From: Plasmodiophora brassicae
Lineage: Eukaryota
Reading direction: 5' to 3'
NCBI GenBank assembly: GCA_036867785.1
Contig: CP145424.1
Location: 372,001 to 436,000, forward strand
Length of the DNA stretch: 64,000 nt
A model generated the notes under the pieces. The model searched no databases and had not been told where the DNA came from. It saw only the letters and a program-made list of their open reading frames with translations. Below are positions 1 to 10,900 of this stretch, one piece after another (positions within the stretch are counted from its first letter, which is position 1; every line of letters starts with the position of its first letter). The translations under genes and the position numbers were made by a program.

Positions 1-81
1 CTCTTTGCTGCCCTCGTTCTGCCGCGGCGCAGTCTGTCCTGGATCATCGTTGGATGGAAATATGTGCAGAGCGGAATCGTC

Positions 82-725
82 TCCCGTCAAACGAATTGGG
101 AGATGGATTTGGATATGAATCTGCTGTCGGGCAGCGTCGACGCCGTCGTCTCGGCGATCTGGGCTCCATCGGATCACGGCGGCGGCATCGTCGAGAAGGC
201 GTGGCGATCGATATATCATGGTAGCCAGCTGGTTCTAACGCTGCTGTCGACAGAGTCGGGCCCTGCCACTGATCATCGAATGAGTGAACGTCTTAGGGAT
301 CCGGTACCGATTAGACGCTGCGACCGGCCAGTGTCGCCCTGACATACCAATGTGACAACTTCTTGGACGAAGAATAAGAAGGATAACACGTTACTGCATG
401 TCGTGCTTGATATCAGTACGTCGGACGATGATCTACGTACTGTGGTATGTCAGGGCGGCGCTGGATAGGCTGGTGGCCAATACTCGTGACCACAAACACC
501 AGCAGCGGGGAATAAGCACGGGCTCTTCAAGAGGTTCACCATTCTTGATCAGCAGCAGGGCCCGACTCTGTCGACAGCTAGCAGCATCGTATGTCGATCG
601 CCACACCATCTCGACGGCGCCGGCGCCGTGATCCCGATGCCGCCCAGATCGCCAATACGACGGCGACGCCGCCCGACAGCAGTTTCATCACCGCATCCAT
701 CGATCTCCCAGTTCTTTTGACGGGA
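82..725. repeat. Degenerate inverted repeat, arms about 82-295 and 529-725
   Basis: The reverse complement of 529-725 aligns by eye to 82-295 (shared tcccgtcaaa, ctgctgtcgggc, ggcgatctgggc, ctgtcgacagagtcgggccctgc) with many substitutions and indels. Confidence 0.8.
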
Positions 726-1408
726 ACGCATCCTGGATGCGCTCGATCAACTGCAGAAGCCGGCGAGGGCTGAACCGGCCATGATCGAGCACCGGCAACT
801 CGGGCGTGTCCGCGACCAGGCGCATGTCGATCGATCATTCGCGTTACGTGTACATGGATCCGGTCCCGCGCCGAGTACAGCATGTCTTCCTCTAGGCACT
901 CGAAGGCGGAGATGGGCCGGTGCGACTGCCTGCAGCGCAGCACGACAACGACTTTCGTCGGCAGCGGACGCAAGCGCCCATGCAACATCCTGCAGGTCAT
1001 GCGGTACGCGGGCGTCGCGCCGGGTGCCGACTACCAGCTGGCCAAGCTACGAACCACTCTCGTCATGAGCGTGTCGAGCAGGCCAAGAGTACCGGGAGTC
1101 CAGGATGCGGAACGTGGGGTAGGCGTACAGGAAACGCACGTAGGCCGTCTCCCTCGCAGAATTGGTCACTGACGCTTCGGCAGAGTTCGCACGTTACCCG
1201 ATACAGTCGTCGGCTCGGCCGCTTCTACCGCGGTGTATGACACAGTCAAGGTCGAGGCTGTGCCGGGCAGCAACGACGCTGGGCCAATTCAAATCTGCAA
1301 CAGCCCGCCCATCCTCGTTAAGAATTCCCCAGAGGTGTCCTTGACACTTCATTCAGCTATTCGTCGCGGTTGTGGAGCGCAGCGTTTGGTGGTTGTCGAC
1401 CAGCACCG

Positions 1409-1933
1409 ATGGTATCGGCCAACATCCTCATCCTCGCCGTCGCACTGCTCGTCGTCGGTAACGCGGACAACACCACGACGACAGGCCCGCCGGCCAGCTT
1501 GCCGCCGGCGTCGAGCCCGTTGAGCGCCCCGCCATCACCAACTGACTCGCCTCAGCAGCCGAGCACCACGTCAGCCGACCGCCCATCGCGGGTGCCAACC
1601 AAGGTGACGACCCCAAAGCCAATCAAATCAACGGCCCGTCCATCGCCAGTTCCTACCAACGTGACGACCCCAAGGCCAGCCAACACGGTAGCCCGCATAT
1701 CGGCAAAACCAAATAACGCGACGACCACGCCCCCAAGCCCAACATCAACTCCCACATCAACACCCTCCCGGGACCTCGCGAACGCGTCGCCATCGCCGAC
1801 CACCCCGCGTCCGATCCATCCTACAGCGTCTCCATCGTCGTTCGGAGTGGCACCATTGTCTGGCACGACGCGCAACGATCCTCCCCTGCTCATCATCATC
1901 TTCACATGCGTCGCTACCGCCCTGGTCTTGTAG
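1409..1933 (+). CDS. Pro/Thr/Ser-rich mucin-like surface protein
   Basis: Signal peptide MVSANILILAVALLVVGNA, long P/T/S-rich body, hydrophobic C-terminus LLIIIFTCVATALVL (TM or GPI signal). Confidence 0.7.
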   Translation: MVSANILILAVALLVVGNADNTTTTGPPASLPPASSPLSAPPSPTDSPQQPSTTSADRPSRVPTKVTTPKPIKSTARPSPVPTNVTTPRPANTVARISAKPNNATTTPPSPTSTPTSTPSRDLANASPSPTTPRPIHPTASPSSFGVAPLSGTTRNDPPLLIIIFTCVATALVL

Positions 1934-2174
1934 GCGGCCTCGCATTCCTGCCCCCCTCAAATGGTCCAAGTCCATCAATACATTTATGAAGACTCGTCAC
2001 GCACTTCAGCATGTGGCGCTGCAGTACGTAATAAGCGCACGTCGCCAGTCCGGGTCGACGGTCGGGAAAGTGTCCTGGGACGTACGTGGCTTGGACCTCG
2101 AAGTGGCCCGCCAAAAACGCGGTCGTGAATGGCAGTCATTTTCACATTGGCGACATCGTGTTGTGGGGTCAGCG

Positions 2175-3318
2175 ATGTGGGCGCTGGGCATCAGGCGGCG
2201 GGCACTGTCGACGCTGGTCGTCGCCGACCATGTCAAGGGCGCTGTGCAGCCGGCGACGCTGAATGCGATCACGGCGGCGGCGTCGATTGGCGCATCGCCG
2301 GTGCGGGTGCTGGTCACCGGCGGCGACAAGGGCGCTGTGGATTCGGTGGCGAAATCGGTGTCGGGCGTTGACGGCGTTGATGGCGTCTTTGCTGTGGCGC
2401 ATGACGCATACAGTCACCTACTGGCAGAGAACGTGTCTTCTCTGGTGGCCAATCTGCACCAGAAGGAGAAGTACGTCGCACGATTCGCTCAGCTATCAAA
2501 TAGACCCTAACAGCTCGACGTGCAGGTTTTCACATATTCTGTTTCCTGCGACAACGTTCGGCAAGAATGTAGCCCCTCGTTTGGCCGCATTGCTCGATGT
2601 GGCTGTCGTCAGCGACATCATCAGCGTTGGCGGACCGGATACGTTTACCAGGCCGGTCTACGCCGGCAATGCCATCGCCACTGTCAAGTCGAAGGACCCG
2701 GTCAAGGTTGTCACCGTTAGACCAACGGCTTTCGCTGCTGCTGCAAGCAGCGGCAAGTCTGCATCGATCGCAGATGCCGCAGTACCCGACCAACCTGAAA
2801 CGGGTATCGAAGGGACCGCGTCCGCCGTCTGTAACGATGTGACAATTGCCCAGGGTTGACGAAATGGGTCAGCGAGGATATTGTCAAGTCTGACCGTCCT
2901 GAGCTAGCCAGCGCGAAGGTGATCGTGGCCGGTGGCCGCGCGTTGAAGTCGGCCGAGAACTTCAACCTGCTGTACAGTGGGTTCCCGAACGTCGCCCAAT
3001 ATTGCTTCGCCTGAGCCGGGTGCAGAACTCGCCGATATTCTGAACGGCGCCGTGGGCGCGTCCCGAGCCGCCGTCGACGCTGGATTCTGCTCGAACGACC
3101 TTCAGATCGGCCAGACCGGCAAGGTCGTCGCCCCCGATCTCTACATCGCCATCGGGATTTCCGGCGCCATCCAGCACCTGGCCGGCATGAAAGACAGCAA
3201 GGTCATCGTGGCCATCAACAAGGACAAAGAGGCGCCCATCTTCCAGATCGCAGACTACGGCCTCGTCGGCGACCTGTTCACCATTATCCCCGCCCTCGAG
3301 AAGGCTCTCTCGAAATAA
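2175..3318 (+). CDS. ETFA: Electron transfer flavoprotein alpha subunit (mitochondrial, intron-containing)
   Basis: Motifs [65 protein letters not shown]-terminal transit-like peptide; about 3 short introns. Confidence 0.95.
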
Positions 3319-3417
3319 TGACCATCTACCGCGTTGTTGCACAAGACGTAGCCTCCAGAGTCCAGACAGTAGCGACTGCCGGTCCGGGTGAAAGGACAAG
3401 TCCGTGGGGCGGTCACC

Positions 3418-4478
3418 ATGACGTCGCTGATCGTGGCGGTGCTGCTGGCCGTCGTGACTGACGGCTGGCCGGACGCCGTGCATTGCAATGCGCCGGGCCC
3501 GCGCTTCCTGAAATACTGCGACGCGTACGCGGACGCGACGTGCTGCTCCCGGCAGGACGACCAGCGCGCGCTGAGACGAGCGGCGCCGCTGTACACCGGG
3601 CAGTTCTCGGCGAGATGCAAGGAGATAACAGCCCAGATGGCTTGCTCCGTATGCGATCCCCGGGTCGGCATGAAGAAAGTCGACGCAGTCTGCCAGGTTA
3701 TCCCGTTCTGCCGTTGTCCCATGCTATTCGTCGATTGCTAACACGTCCAACAGAGCCGATGCGACGACTGGTACGAGTCGTGCAAGAACGATTTCTTCAC
3801 CACGCCGGCATCGACGAGTGCCGTACTAGAACCCTGTTCCGTCAGCTCGCTGGTCTGCTCCAGGCTCAGCGATATTGTCACTAGGTATGTACGCAGCATT
3901 GTGTCGACTTCGTCCATCGACTGATTGGTTCTCTACAGCGGCGAGGAGTTCTGTTCGCGTTCCGGGTATTCTGTTGCAACGTCGTCATCAACGGCCTGCT
4001 TTGATGGAACGCCTCCCAAGCGTCGTCCTCGTGTGGTCGTACCCGCGACATCGGCACCCACAAAAGCCCAGATAATCGGTGCCATTGGCGTTATCAGTGC
4101 CTTCGTTGCTGTTATCGCCACCATATGTATGATTGAGCGGCGATCGCGACAAATGTTCGAAGCTCAGCAGCGTCATCTACAAGGTCCGCGTTGTCTGGCA
4201 TTTTCATTTGACGCATACTGACTCGGACAGCACCTGTAGAGGAAAGGCGGCGACTACTGACCGAATCGTGGGAGGCGCGGTTACGCGAGAACCCAATCAT
4301 CGGAGACGTTTCCAAGTCTCCTGAAAACGCGCCGCTAAACGCCTCGGCGCAGGTTGATGCGGCAGCAGCTCTCGGCCCGACTGCGGCACCCGATGACGAC
4401 TGGGTAATTGCCGAACGCGTTCCCGGCCATGAATCTGATGCAGACCATACCGTGACGGCATCTCATGCTGAACAGTAA
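3418..4478 (+). CDS. Folate-receptor-like Cys-rich membrane protein
   Basis: Signal peptide, CCSRQDD...CKEITAQMACSVCDP...CDDWYESCKNDFF Cys pattern, TM IIGAIGVISAFVAVIATICMI; multi-exon. Confidence 0.7.
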
Positions 4479-4554
4479 TAATATACGTCGTCTAGTTTGT
4501 AAGGTCGGTTAGGTCGGTAGCAAGAGCTCGTGCCGCTTTCGGCGCCGCAGCCCG

Positions 4555-4790
4555 CGCACTGCTGGGAAACATCTTTCACCCGACTGAAATGGGTTTGTAC
4601 GGACTGTGGCGGTATGTACGAGCATCAATGTCGAGGGCAAAACCATGCGAAGGTGCTGGTGGCTTCTGCGCGCATGGAAGGCGGAGATAGGGCTGCAAGG
4701 CAGGTGGCGGCAGTCGCCTGTGCGAGCATGGCCGCTGGAAGCCGGTCGACCTGCAAGCAATGTGGCGGCAAGGCGAGCACGGACGGGACA
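4555..4790 (+). pseudogene. Relic of CxH-x6-CxxC zinc-module repeats
   Basis: Pieces in different frames: RLKWVCTDCGG, FCAHGRRR*GCKAGGGSRLCEHGR, CKQCGGK; in-frame stop and frameshifts; same module as 60495-60836. Confidence 0.65.
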
Positions 4791-5032
4791 AGCGCACGTC
4801 TGATGCTGCCCGCCATGTCCTGTGTCGCGAATCGGACGTGTCCCAATCATTGACCGATTCAGCAGAGGGCAGTGGGCCCTCCGGAAGGAAGTCGTCGGCC
4901 GGAAATGGTTGCCGGGCGACCCCGAGCCGATCCTGGAGCCAAGGGCACGACAAATGGCGCCTGAAATAGACAGTCAGATACACAGTGGCGGCTGCTGCTC
5001 TCGGCGCCGGTGCCGCCCGATCGGTGCCGATC

Positions 5033-6082
5033 ATGAATCGACGACATCTGCCTTCTGGTCGTCACCGCTGCATCCGACCAATCACGACCCTGGCTGTCGC
5101 CGTCGTCCTTGTCGGCGTCGTGGGCGTCGTCCTGTGGTACACGAACCTCGGCGACATCAGGTCGTGTGCGGGCCTGGACCCGGCGCCATCTTCGCCTGCT
5201 TCACCGGGCAGGGCGGGTTCGAAGGACGTCAACCCGGACGTGAAGAAATCGTGGATCGCACGATGGAAATCATCCGGTCCCGTCACGCAGGCGCTGATCC
5301 TGGTCAACACGATCCAGTTCCTGCGAGTGTGCCGCTGGCCTAATGTGGAGGATTCGGGAACGCCCCCGAAATCAGTGGACCCATCCAGCGTGATCGCCGA
5401 GCACCCGGTGAAGGCCGGCAAGCGGATCGTCGCTGCCGGGTTCAGCCACGGCAACATCGTGCACTTCCTGCTGAACATGCGCGCGCTGTGGTCGTTCGGC
5501 CCCCTTGTCGAACGCGAGAAAGGGTCGCTGCAGATGCTGGCCATCTACCTGTCCGGGTGCATCGCGGGAACGCTGACCGACTTCGCGTACCAGCAGCGGG
5601 GAAAGTCGCAGTGGAACCCTGTGCTTGGCGCCAGCGGTGGCGTCATGGCGCTCGTGGGCACGGCCGGCGGCTCCGACACGCCCCTGCTGTTCTCGGTCGG
5701 GCCCGGTATCCTGGAAGTCATTCTACTGGCCTTGATGGATGGCCAGGAGGTGCAGCGCCTCGAGGAGATCACCGAGCAACCTGTCGTCCGCGATCTGTTC
5801 AAAGACGTATCGCATCTGAGCCACCTGGGCGGGTTCCTGGTCGGGCTGGCGTTCCGCAAGTTCGGCGCCGGTGTGGCCGCCCCGCTCGTCGGCGCCTTCA
5901 TCGCGTTCCTGGCGCAGCTGATCGATTCAGGGTCGTCGCAACCTATGCATCCCCGCGACAAGATCCGCGTCACCGGCGTCCCTTTGGCGCCCGCGTTCAA
6001 CTGGATCCGCTCGAAAGCCACCTCCTCGTTTGGCGCCATGCGCGCCCGGCTGGCGGCGTTGGATGACCTGATCAGTCTGTAA
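5033..6082 (+). CDS. Rhomboid-family intramembrane serine protease
   Basis: HGNIVHFLLNM, catalytic GASGG and SHLSHLGG motifs; several TM segments; single ORF. Confidence 0.85.
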   Translation: MNRRHLPSGRHRCIRPITTLAVAVVLVGVVGVVLWYTNLGDIRSCAGLDPAPSSPASPGRAGSKDVNPDVKKSWIARWKSSGPVTQALILVNTIQFLRVCRWPNVEDSGTPPKSVDPSSVIAEHPVKAGKRIVAAGFSHGNIVHFLLNMRALWSFGPLVEREKGSLQMLAIYLSGCIAGTLTDFAYQQRGKSQWNPVLGASGGVMALVGTAGGSDTPLLFSVGPGILEVILLALMDGQEVQRLEEITEQPVVRDLFKDVSHLSHLGGFLVGLAFRKFGAGVAAPLVGAFIAFLAQLIDSGSSQPMHPRDKIRVTGVPLAPAFNWIRSKATSSFGAMRARLAALDDLISL

Positions 6083-6133
6083 TTTATCTGGGGACACAAC
6101 CTAGGTACCCCTGAAACGGTCACATACAGGTCC

Positions 6134-6566
6134 GTGTTCAGTTGGCACACGAGGCGCGCTGTTTTCAGTTGGCAGGGCATAACAACGCCGGATGGACTGA
6201 TAGTCAGTATGTACGGCCCCGTCCCAGGTCGGCGACAACGCCTTATCTATGGAGACCCTGCCTATGGGTGTAACGACCTTGTGTGTTGCCCCTACCACGC
6301 TCCGGCCCCTGCATCTCTTCAGAAGCAGTCCAATGCGGCAATGAGCTCGGTCCGCGAAGCAGTCGAATGGGCGTTCGGTCGGGTAGTGGTCGTATATGGA
6401 CTTTGACAAGAAGCAGAAGGTCGGAAAGGCTCCGGTTGGGATTTCGTTCTTGGTCGCCACCTTGTTGACAAATTGCCATACAACACTACAACCACGCGTC
6501 AACCAGATTAGCATGTATCTTGGCATGCTTCCGCCCCCATTGGAGGAATACCTCGGATGTGAATAG
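6134..6566 (+). pseudogene. DDE_Tnp_4 (Harbinger-type) transposase, C-terminal fragment
   Basis: QGITTPDGLIVSMYGPVPGRR, IYGDPAYG, NAAMSSVREAVEWAFG, then after a frameshift LVATLLTNCHT...NQISMYLGMLPPPLEEYL; N-terminus missing, internal deletions. Confidence 0.8.
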
Positions 6567-6573
6567 ACAAGAT

Positions 6574-7584
6574 TTATTGAGTGTTCTTCGTCAAGAGGGC
6601 AACGATCGCCAGCATTTGTTGGTACTGGCGCTCTTCTCGCTGTTCGTCCCGGAGCCGTTGACGCTCCTCGCGCTCCTCGTCGCGCTGCCGTTGACGCTTC
6701 TCGCGCTCCTCGTCGCGCTGCCTTTGGCGCTCTTCAAACTCCAGCCGGTGCCTTGCAATGTCCAAGTCGAACGCCAGGCGCTGCTGCAGGAGCTGCAACT
6801 TAGCCGACTGTGCTTGATTGCTTTGACTAACGACCGCCGCGATGGCGTCAGAGAAGGCATCCAGCTTCTGGCGCTTGCTGATCTTGCGCCGGAAATTGCC
6901 TGCCCTTTTCATCCTGTTCGGCCGGTGGGGAGGGGGAGAGGCAATCTCCATGGCGTTATCACTCTGGCAGCATTTGTTAGCAAATGTGAAGTAAAATTTG
7001 AAATTCAGAACAAGACGCACACTGGAATCCGTGAGATCCTCGACGGAAACCTCTCCGTTCAGCACTGCGTTGCCATTACTTTCGTCATCGAGGCTCTCGT
7101 AGCCCAACTCTCGCATCGCGAATTCGCGCATGATGGCCCCCGACGCTTGGACCGCTTCCTTCTTGCCGGTCAACTCGGCCTTTGCAGCCGCGGCCATCGT
7201 CAGATGATCGTCCATTCTGGTGACGATATCGGCCAAGAGTTCCTGTCTCGCGGCAAACTCTTCCTCGACGCCGAACTTCTTGAGGGACTCCTGGTCGTCC
7301 TTCCTGAACTGGCCGACTATCAGTTCGAAACGCTTTTTCAGCGAAGCCCCGTCTTTCTTCAGGCCAAAGCCGATGGTATTGGCCAGCCGAGCGGCAATGA
7401 GTTCCCACACGGCCATCACCTTCCCGTACGTCGCCTCCCAAGGCTTGATGTCGTTCGCTGCGCGCAGCAGGAGCACATCGTGCCATGCCGAAAACCGCTT
7501 GCGTGTCGGGGCGCCGCCCTGTGCCAGCGGCTGGAAGTCCTTGTAGCTATGAGCGACAATGCTGCGATCTGGTGGCGCAGACAT
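6574..7584 (-). CDS. Myb/SANT-like DNA-binding protein with coiled-coil tail (Harbinger ORF2-like)
   Basis: RKRFSAWHDVLLLRAANDIKPW...WELIAARL...LKKRFELIV; E/R/Q-rich tail; probable 57-nt in-frame intron 6964-7020 (GTGCGT...GCTAAC...CAG). Confidence 0.75.
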   Translation of the reverse strand: MSAPPDRSIVAHSYKDFQPLAQGGAPTRKRFSAWHDVLLLRAANDIKPWEATYGKVMAVWELIAARLANTIGFGLKKDGASLKKRFELIVGQFRKDDQESLKKFGVEEEFAARQELLADIVTRMDDHLTMAAAAKAELTGKKEAVQASGAIMREFAMRELGYESLDDESNGNAVLNGEVSVEDLTDSSVRLVLNFKFYFTFANKCCQSDNAMEIASPPPHRPNRMKRAGNFRRKISKRQKLDAFSDAIAAVVSQSNQAQSAKLQLLQQRLAFDLDIARHRLEFEERQRQRDEEREKRQRQRDEEREERQRLRDEQREERQYQQMLAIVALLTKNTQ

Positions 7585-7984
7585 CGAGGGCGTTGCCAGG
7601 TGCCGGTACGTGATGGTGGGGTGTCTTGAGTGCAGAAAGCAGTCCTGCGCCACAGGGGTGGCGGTGCCCGTTTCTGACGCTGTCGACGGACGGAAACGTA
7701 GCCCCGGTTAGCGCGGCCTGTTCCAACCCTGGGCTCAGCATTTCACGTTTGGACTGACGTTTGAGTATCGACTTCGACTCTGCGACAGTGGCTGTGCCGG
7801 GCCGCGGAACGGAAAACGGAACGGAAAAGTGGGCTCCGAAAGTTCTCCAATGCTGTCGCCCGGATGGCAGCGACGGGACGGGCCCATGGACTACAGGTAC
7901 AAGTAATATTGAGTGGGCAGCTGCTTGCCCGGCCGCCCCGGTGTTACATGTACAGTCTGGTAGTAGGTAGCGCAGTCCGACAGA

Positions 7985-10900
7985 ATGTCGTCCGGCGTCG
8001 GATGGCGGGACGCGCTGAGCGGCAGCGGGCGATGGGGCGACGAGCAGATGGTGGCGGTGAACCAGCGCCACCTGATCGACAAGATCCTGGCGCGCTACTC
8101 GACGGAGCACACGCTGTTCCGGGAGATGGCCCAGAACGCGGACGATGCGGGCGCGGGTCGCCTGGTCGTGGAGTTCCGGACGGTGGCCGACCAGGACGAC
8201 GAGGAGCCAGGGGCGAAACTGCCGCAGCAGCAGGCGTCGTCGTCGTCGTCGTCGCGCTGGGGTTTGCTGAACTATATCCTCAAGCAGGCCATGCCGTCCG
8301 CGTTTCAGGCGTCGTCCGCTGAGCAGCCGGCTGTAATGTGCGACCACGTCAGCATTAGGAACGATGGCGCCCCGTTCAGTGACCAGGATTGGCGTCGCGT
8401 GAAGAGCATTGCCGAGGGGAACCCTGATGAATCCAAGGTTGATATGGCGATGTGCGCCCATTGATTCCTGACCGATAACGACGACCGTGTAGGTCGGATT
8501 CTTTGGCGTTGGGTTCTACTCGGTGTTCTCGCTGACTGAGAGCCCTGCCATCAAATCAGGGTCTCAAGCTATCGTTTTTCGATGGAAAGGCGACCAGCTG
8601 TACGTCTGCCGTGCCGACGGTCTGGAACCTGACGTGGCGGACGGCAGATCGTGGACGACAGTCGACGTCCCATATCGAACACCGCAGCCTGTGCCACAAG
8701 AAGCGCAATTTACCGGGTTCCTTGCCCACTGCCTTTGCTTCACACGGCACATGTCGTCCATTACGATGAAGGTCGATGGGCAAGATCGGATTACGATGCG
8801 TCGTACCGGTCAGCTGTCGCCCATCGACATTCCCAAGAGCATGCAATCCATGCCGTTGCGACTGTTTACGGTGACATCCATCGCTGTGGGCGAGAAAGCG
8901 TTCGACCTCGATCTCCCGCAACACGACCATGTCGGTTTGATCCACGTCACCGCTCATCTGGAGGTCACCGTGCCCGCTGCGCTGTCGGATGCCATCATGA
9001 GAATCACGAAGAAGCTCCCTGCTAAGAACGTGGGCATCCAGCTCCTGCTGCCAGCAGGGGATTACTCTGGGCACCTGCTGAAGGAGGTGGCTCCTGTTAC
9101 TCCCGGGGCCGGACGCGTCTTCATCGGATTCGTTACCCATCAGTCAACGGGTTCTTCGTGTCACGTCTCGGCGCCTCTGATCCCCACTGTCGAGCGGGAA
9201 ACCATTGACCTCGCCGATCGAGTTCTCGCCGCATGGAACCGCGACCTATTGTTCTCATGCGGTCAGGTCCAGCGCGTCGTCCACGATTGGCGCTGTCGGT
9301 CTGGCCAACCTGCCGATGCTGCGACATCGATGGCATCAATGGCCCGTACTGCAACGTCCCCGCTTGCTGACGTCGGGAAACTTCTGTCTTACGGGTTCTT
9401 CAGCTTTTCATCCGCTCCTCTCGTGTGGACTGTCCAGCGCGGCCCCGTTCCTGCCAATCAAGCACGATTGCCGCATCTGGGCATCGAGGCCCATATTGCG
9501 CAGGACAGTCGATCGACGGCTGTGGTTCCTCCTGAACACTGGCCTACGGACGGGCTAGGGAAGCTGATTGCCGATACAGCGGTACCTGCCTCCATCGACA
9601 AGTTTCTTGACGAGCTACTTCAGCGCGGGCTTCTCCAACGGCTGAGTCTGGACGATCTGAGGAACGACGTCCGGGATCGCCAGCTCGAAGTCGACGAGTT
9701 AGTCGCCCTTCTGAAGTGGTTGTTCAAGCTCCATTCCAAGACCAAGGGCAGAGGCGCACTGACCAGACAGCAGCGTGATGTCCTGAACGCTATCCACCTT
9801 CGTATGCCCAAAATAATGTCCCAGGAAGGACCCACCACCGGCGATGCTGTCGACCATGCGGTCGTTTCTGTATCGTCGTTTGAGAATTTCTCGTTGCTCA
9901 AGCCGTTTCTTTCCGGCCCGGAACGCTTCCGAATGAAGGCGACGTTGCCATCCCTCGTTGCCTGTGAATTCAGTGCTCGCGATCTCGGTCTATGGCTTCC
10001 AGCGTTGTCTCCCGTTGCATTCGTCAAGCATGCCGCACAAGTCTGCGAGAACGACGGGACGAACGGCGGCGCTGACGGATTCGTTGACGTCCTGGCGCAG
10101 TGTTGGACGAGCATGACGCCGGAACAACGCGCGGAGACCACCGCTGCTCTTGCCACAGTGCACTGTATTCCGTCCAGCATCAACATCCTGCTCCCGCCGA
10201 CCGATCTCTACATTGACGAGCGCGCAACAGGAGGGTTCGCCGACCTGCCGACGGTTGCCGGTGGCATCGTTGGCACCACTGGCGCTGTTCGTCGCATCCT
10301 GCTTCACATTGGCGTCCGCGATCACATCAACCCGGCTGTCATCTTCGAACGTTTCGATGACATCGCATGGCCCGCCCACCAGCTGATTGGCTATCTAACA
10401 CGTATGCAATCGCAATTGTCGCCTGACGAATTGTCACGCCTGCAGGCGACTCGTTTCCTGCCAGCACAGCTACAAGACCCCAAGCGATTCTTTGCCCCCG
10501 CCGAACTTGTCGTACCCTGGAACCGTTCGATCGTTGATGTTGGCAGCCCAAAGATCCCAGTCGCTGCGTTCTCTGAAGCGGTTAATGAAACGAGCAACGA
10601 GGGCAGGTTCCTGGTTCGCCTGGGAATGAGACAGCATCCCTCGCTTGCGGTTCTGCTGTCCGCCTTGTCTGATGTCAGTTTGGCACCGAAGCAACGCGAT
10701 CATGGGATTACGTACCTGCTTGACAACCTGACCGGGGCGTACGCTCGCAGATCGGCAACGAGCGAAGACGCGTTCGACCTGGCGAATCCAGCAACCCGCG
10801 TCAAGTTCCTCCCGACTGCTGACTCGACCACCACCGACGTTGTTGCTGCACCGGTGGAATGCTTTGAGAGTCCAGCGGCAGCGTTACTGGGCTTCCCAGT

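Larger units (their letters stand above)
6134..7584. mobile_element. Defective PIF/Harbinger-type transposon (transposase fragment plus Myb/SANT ORF, convergent)
   Basis: Two-gene layout typical of PIF/Harbinger; terminal inverted repeats not identified. Confidence 0.7.

Noticed and set aside
6520-7629. 369-aa plus-strand ORF with hydrophobic repeats
   Set aside because: Antisense shadow of the Myb/SANT coiled-coil gene
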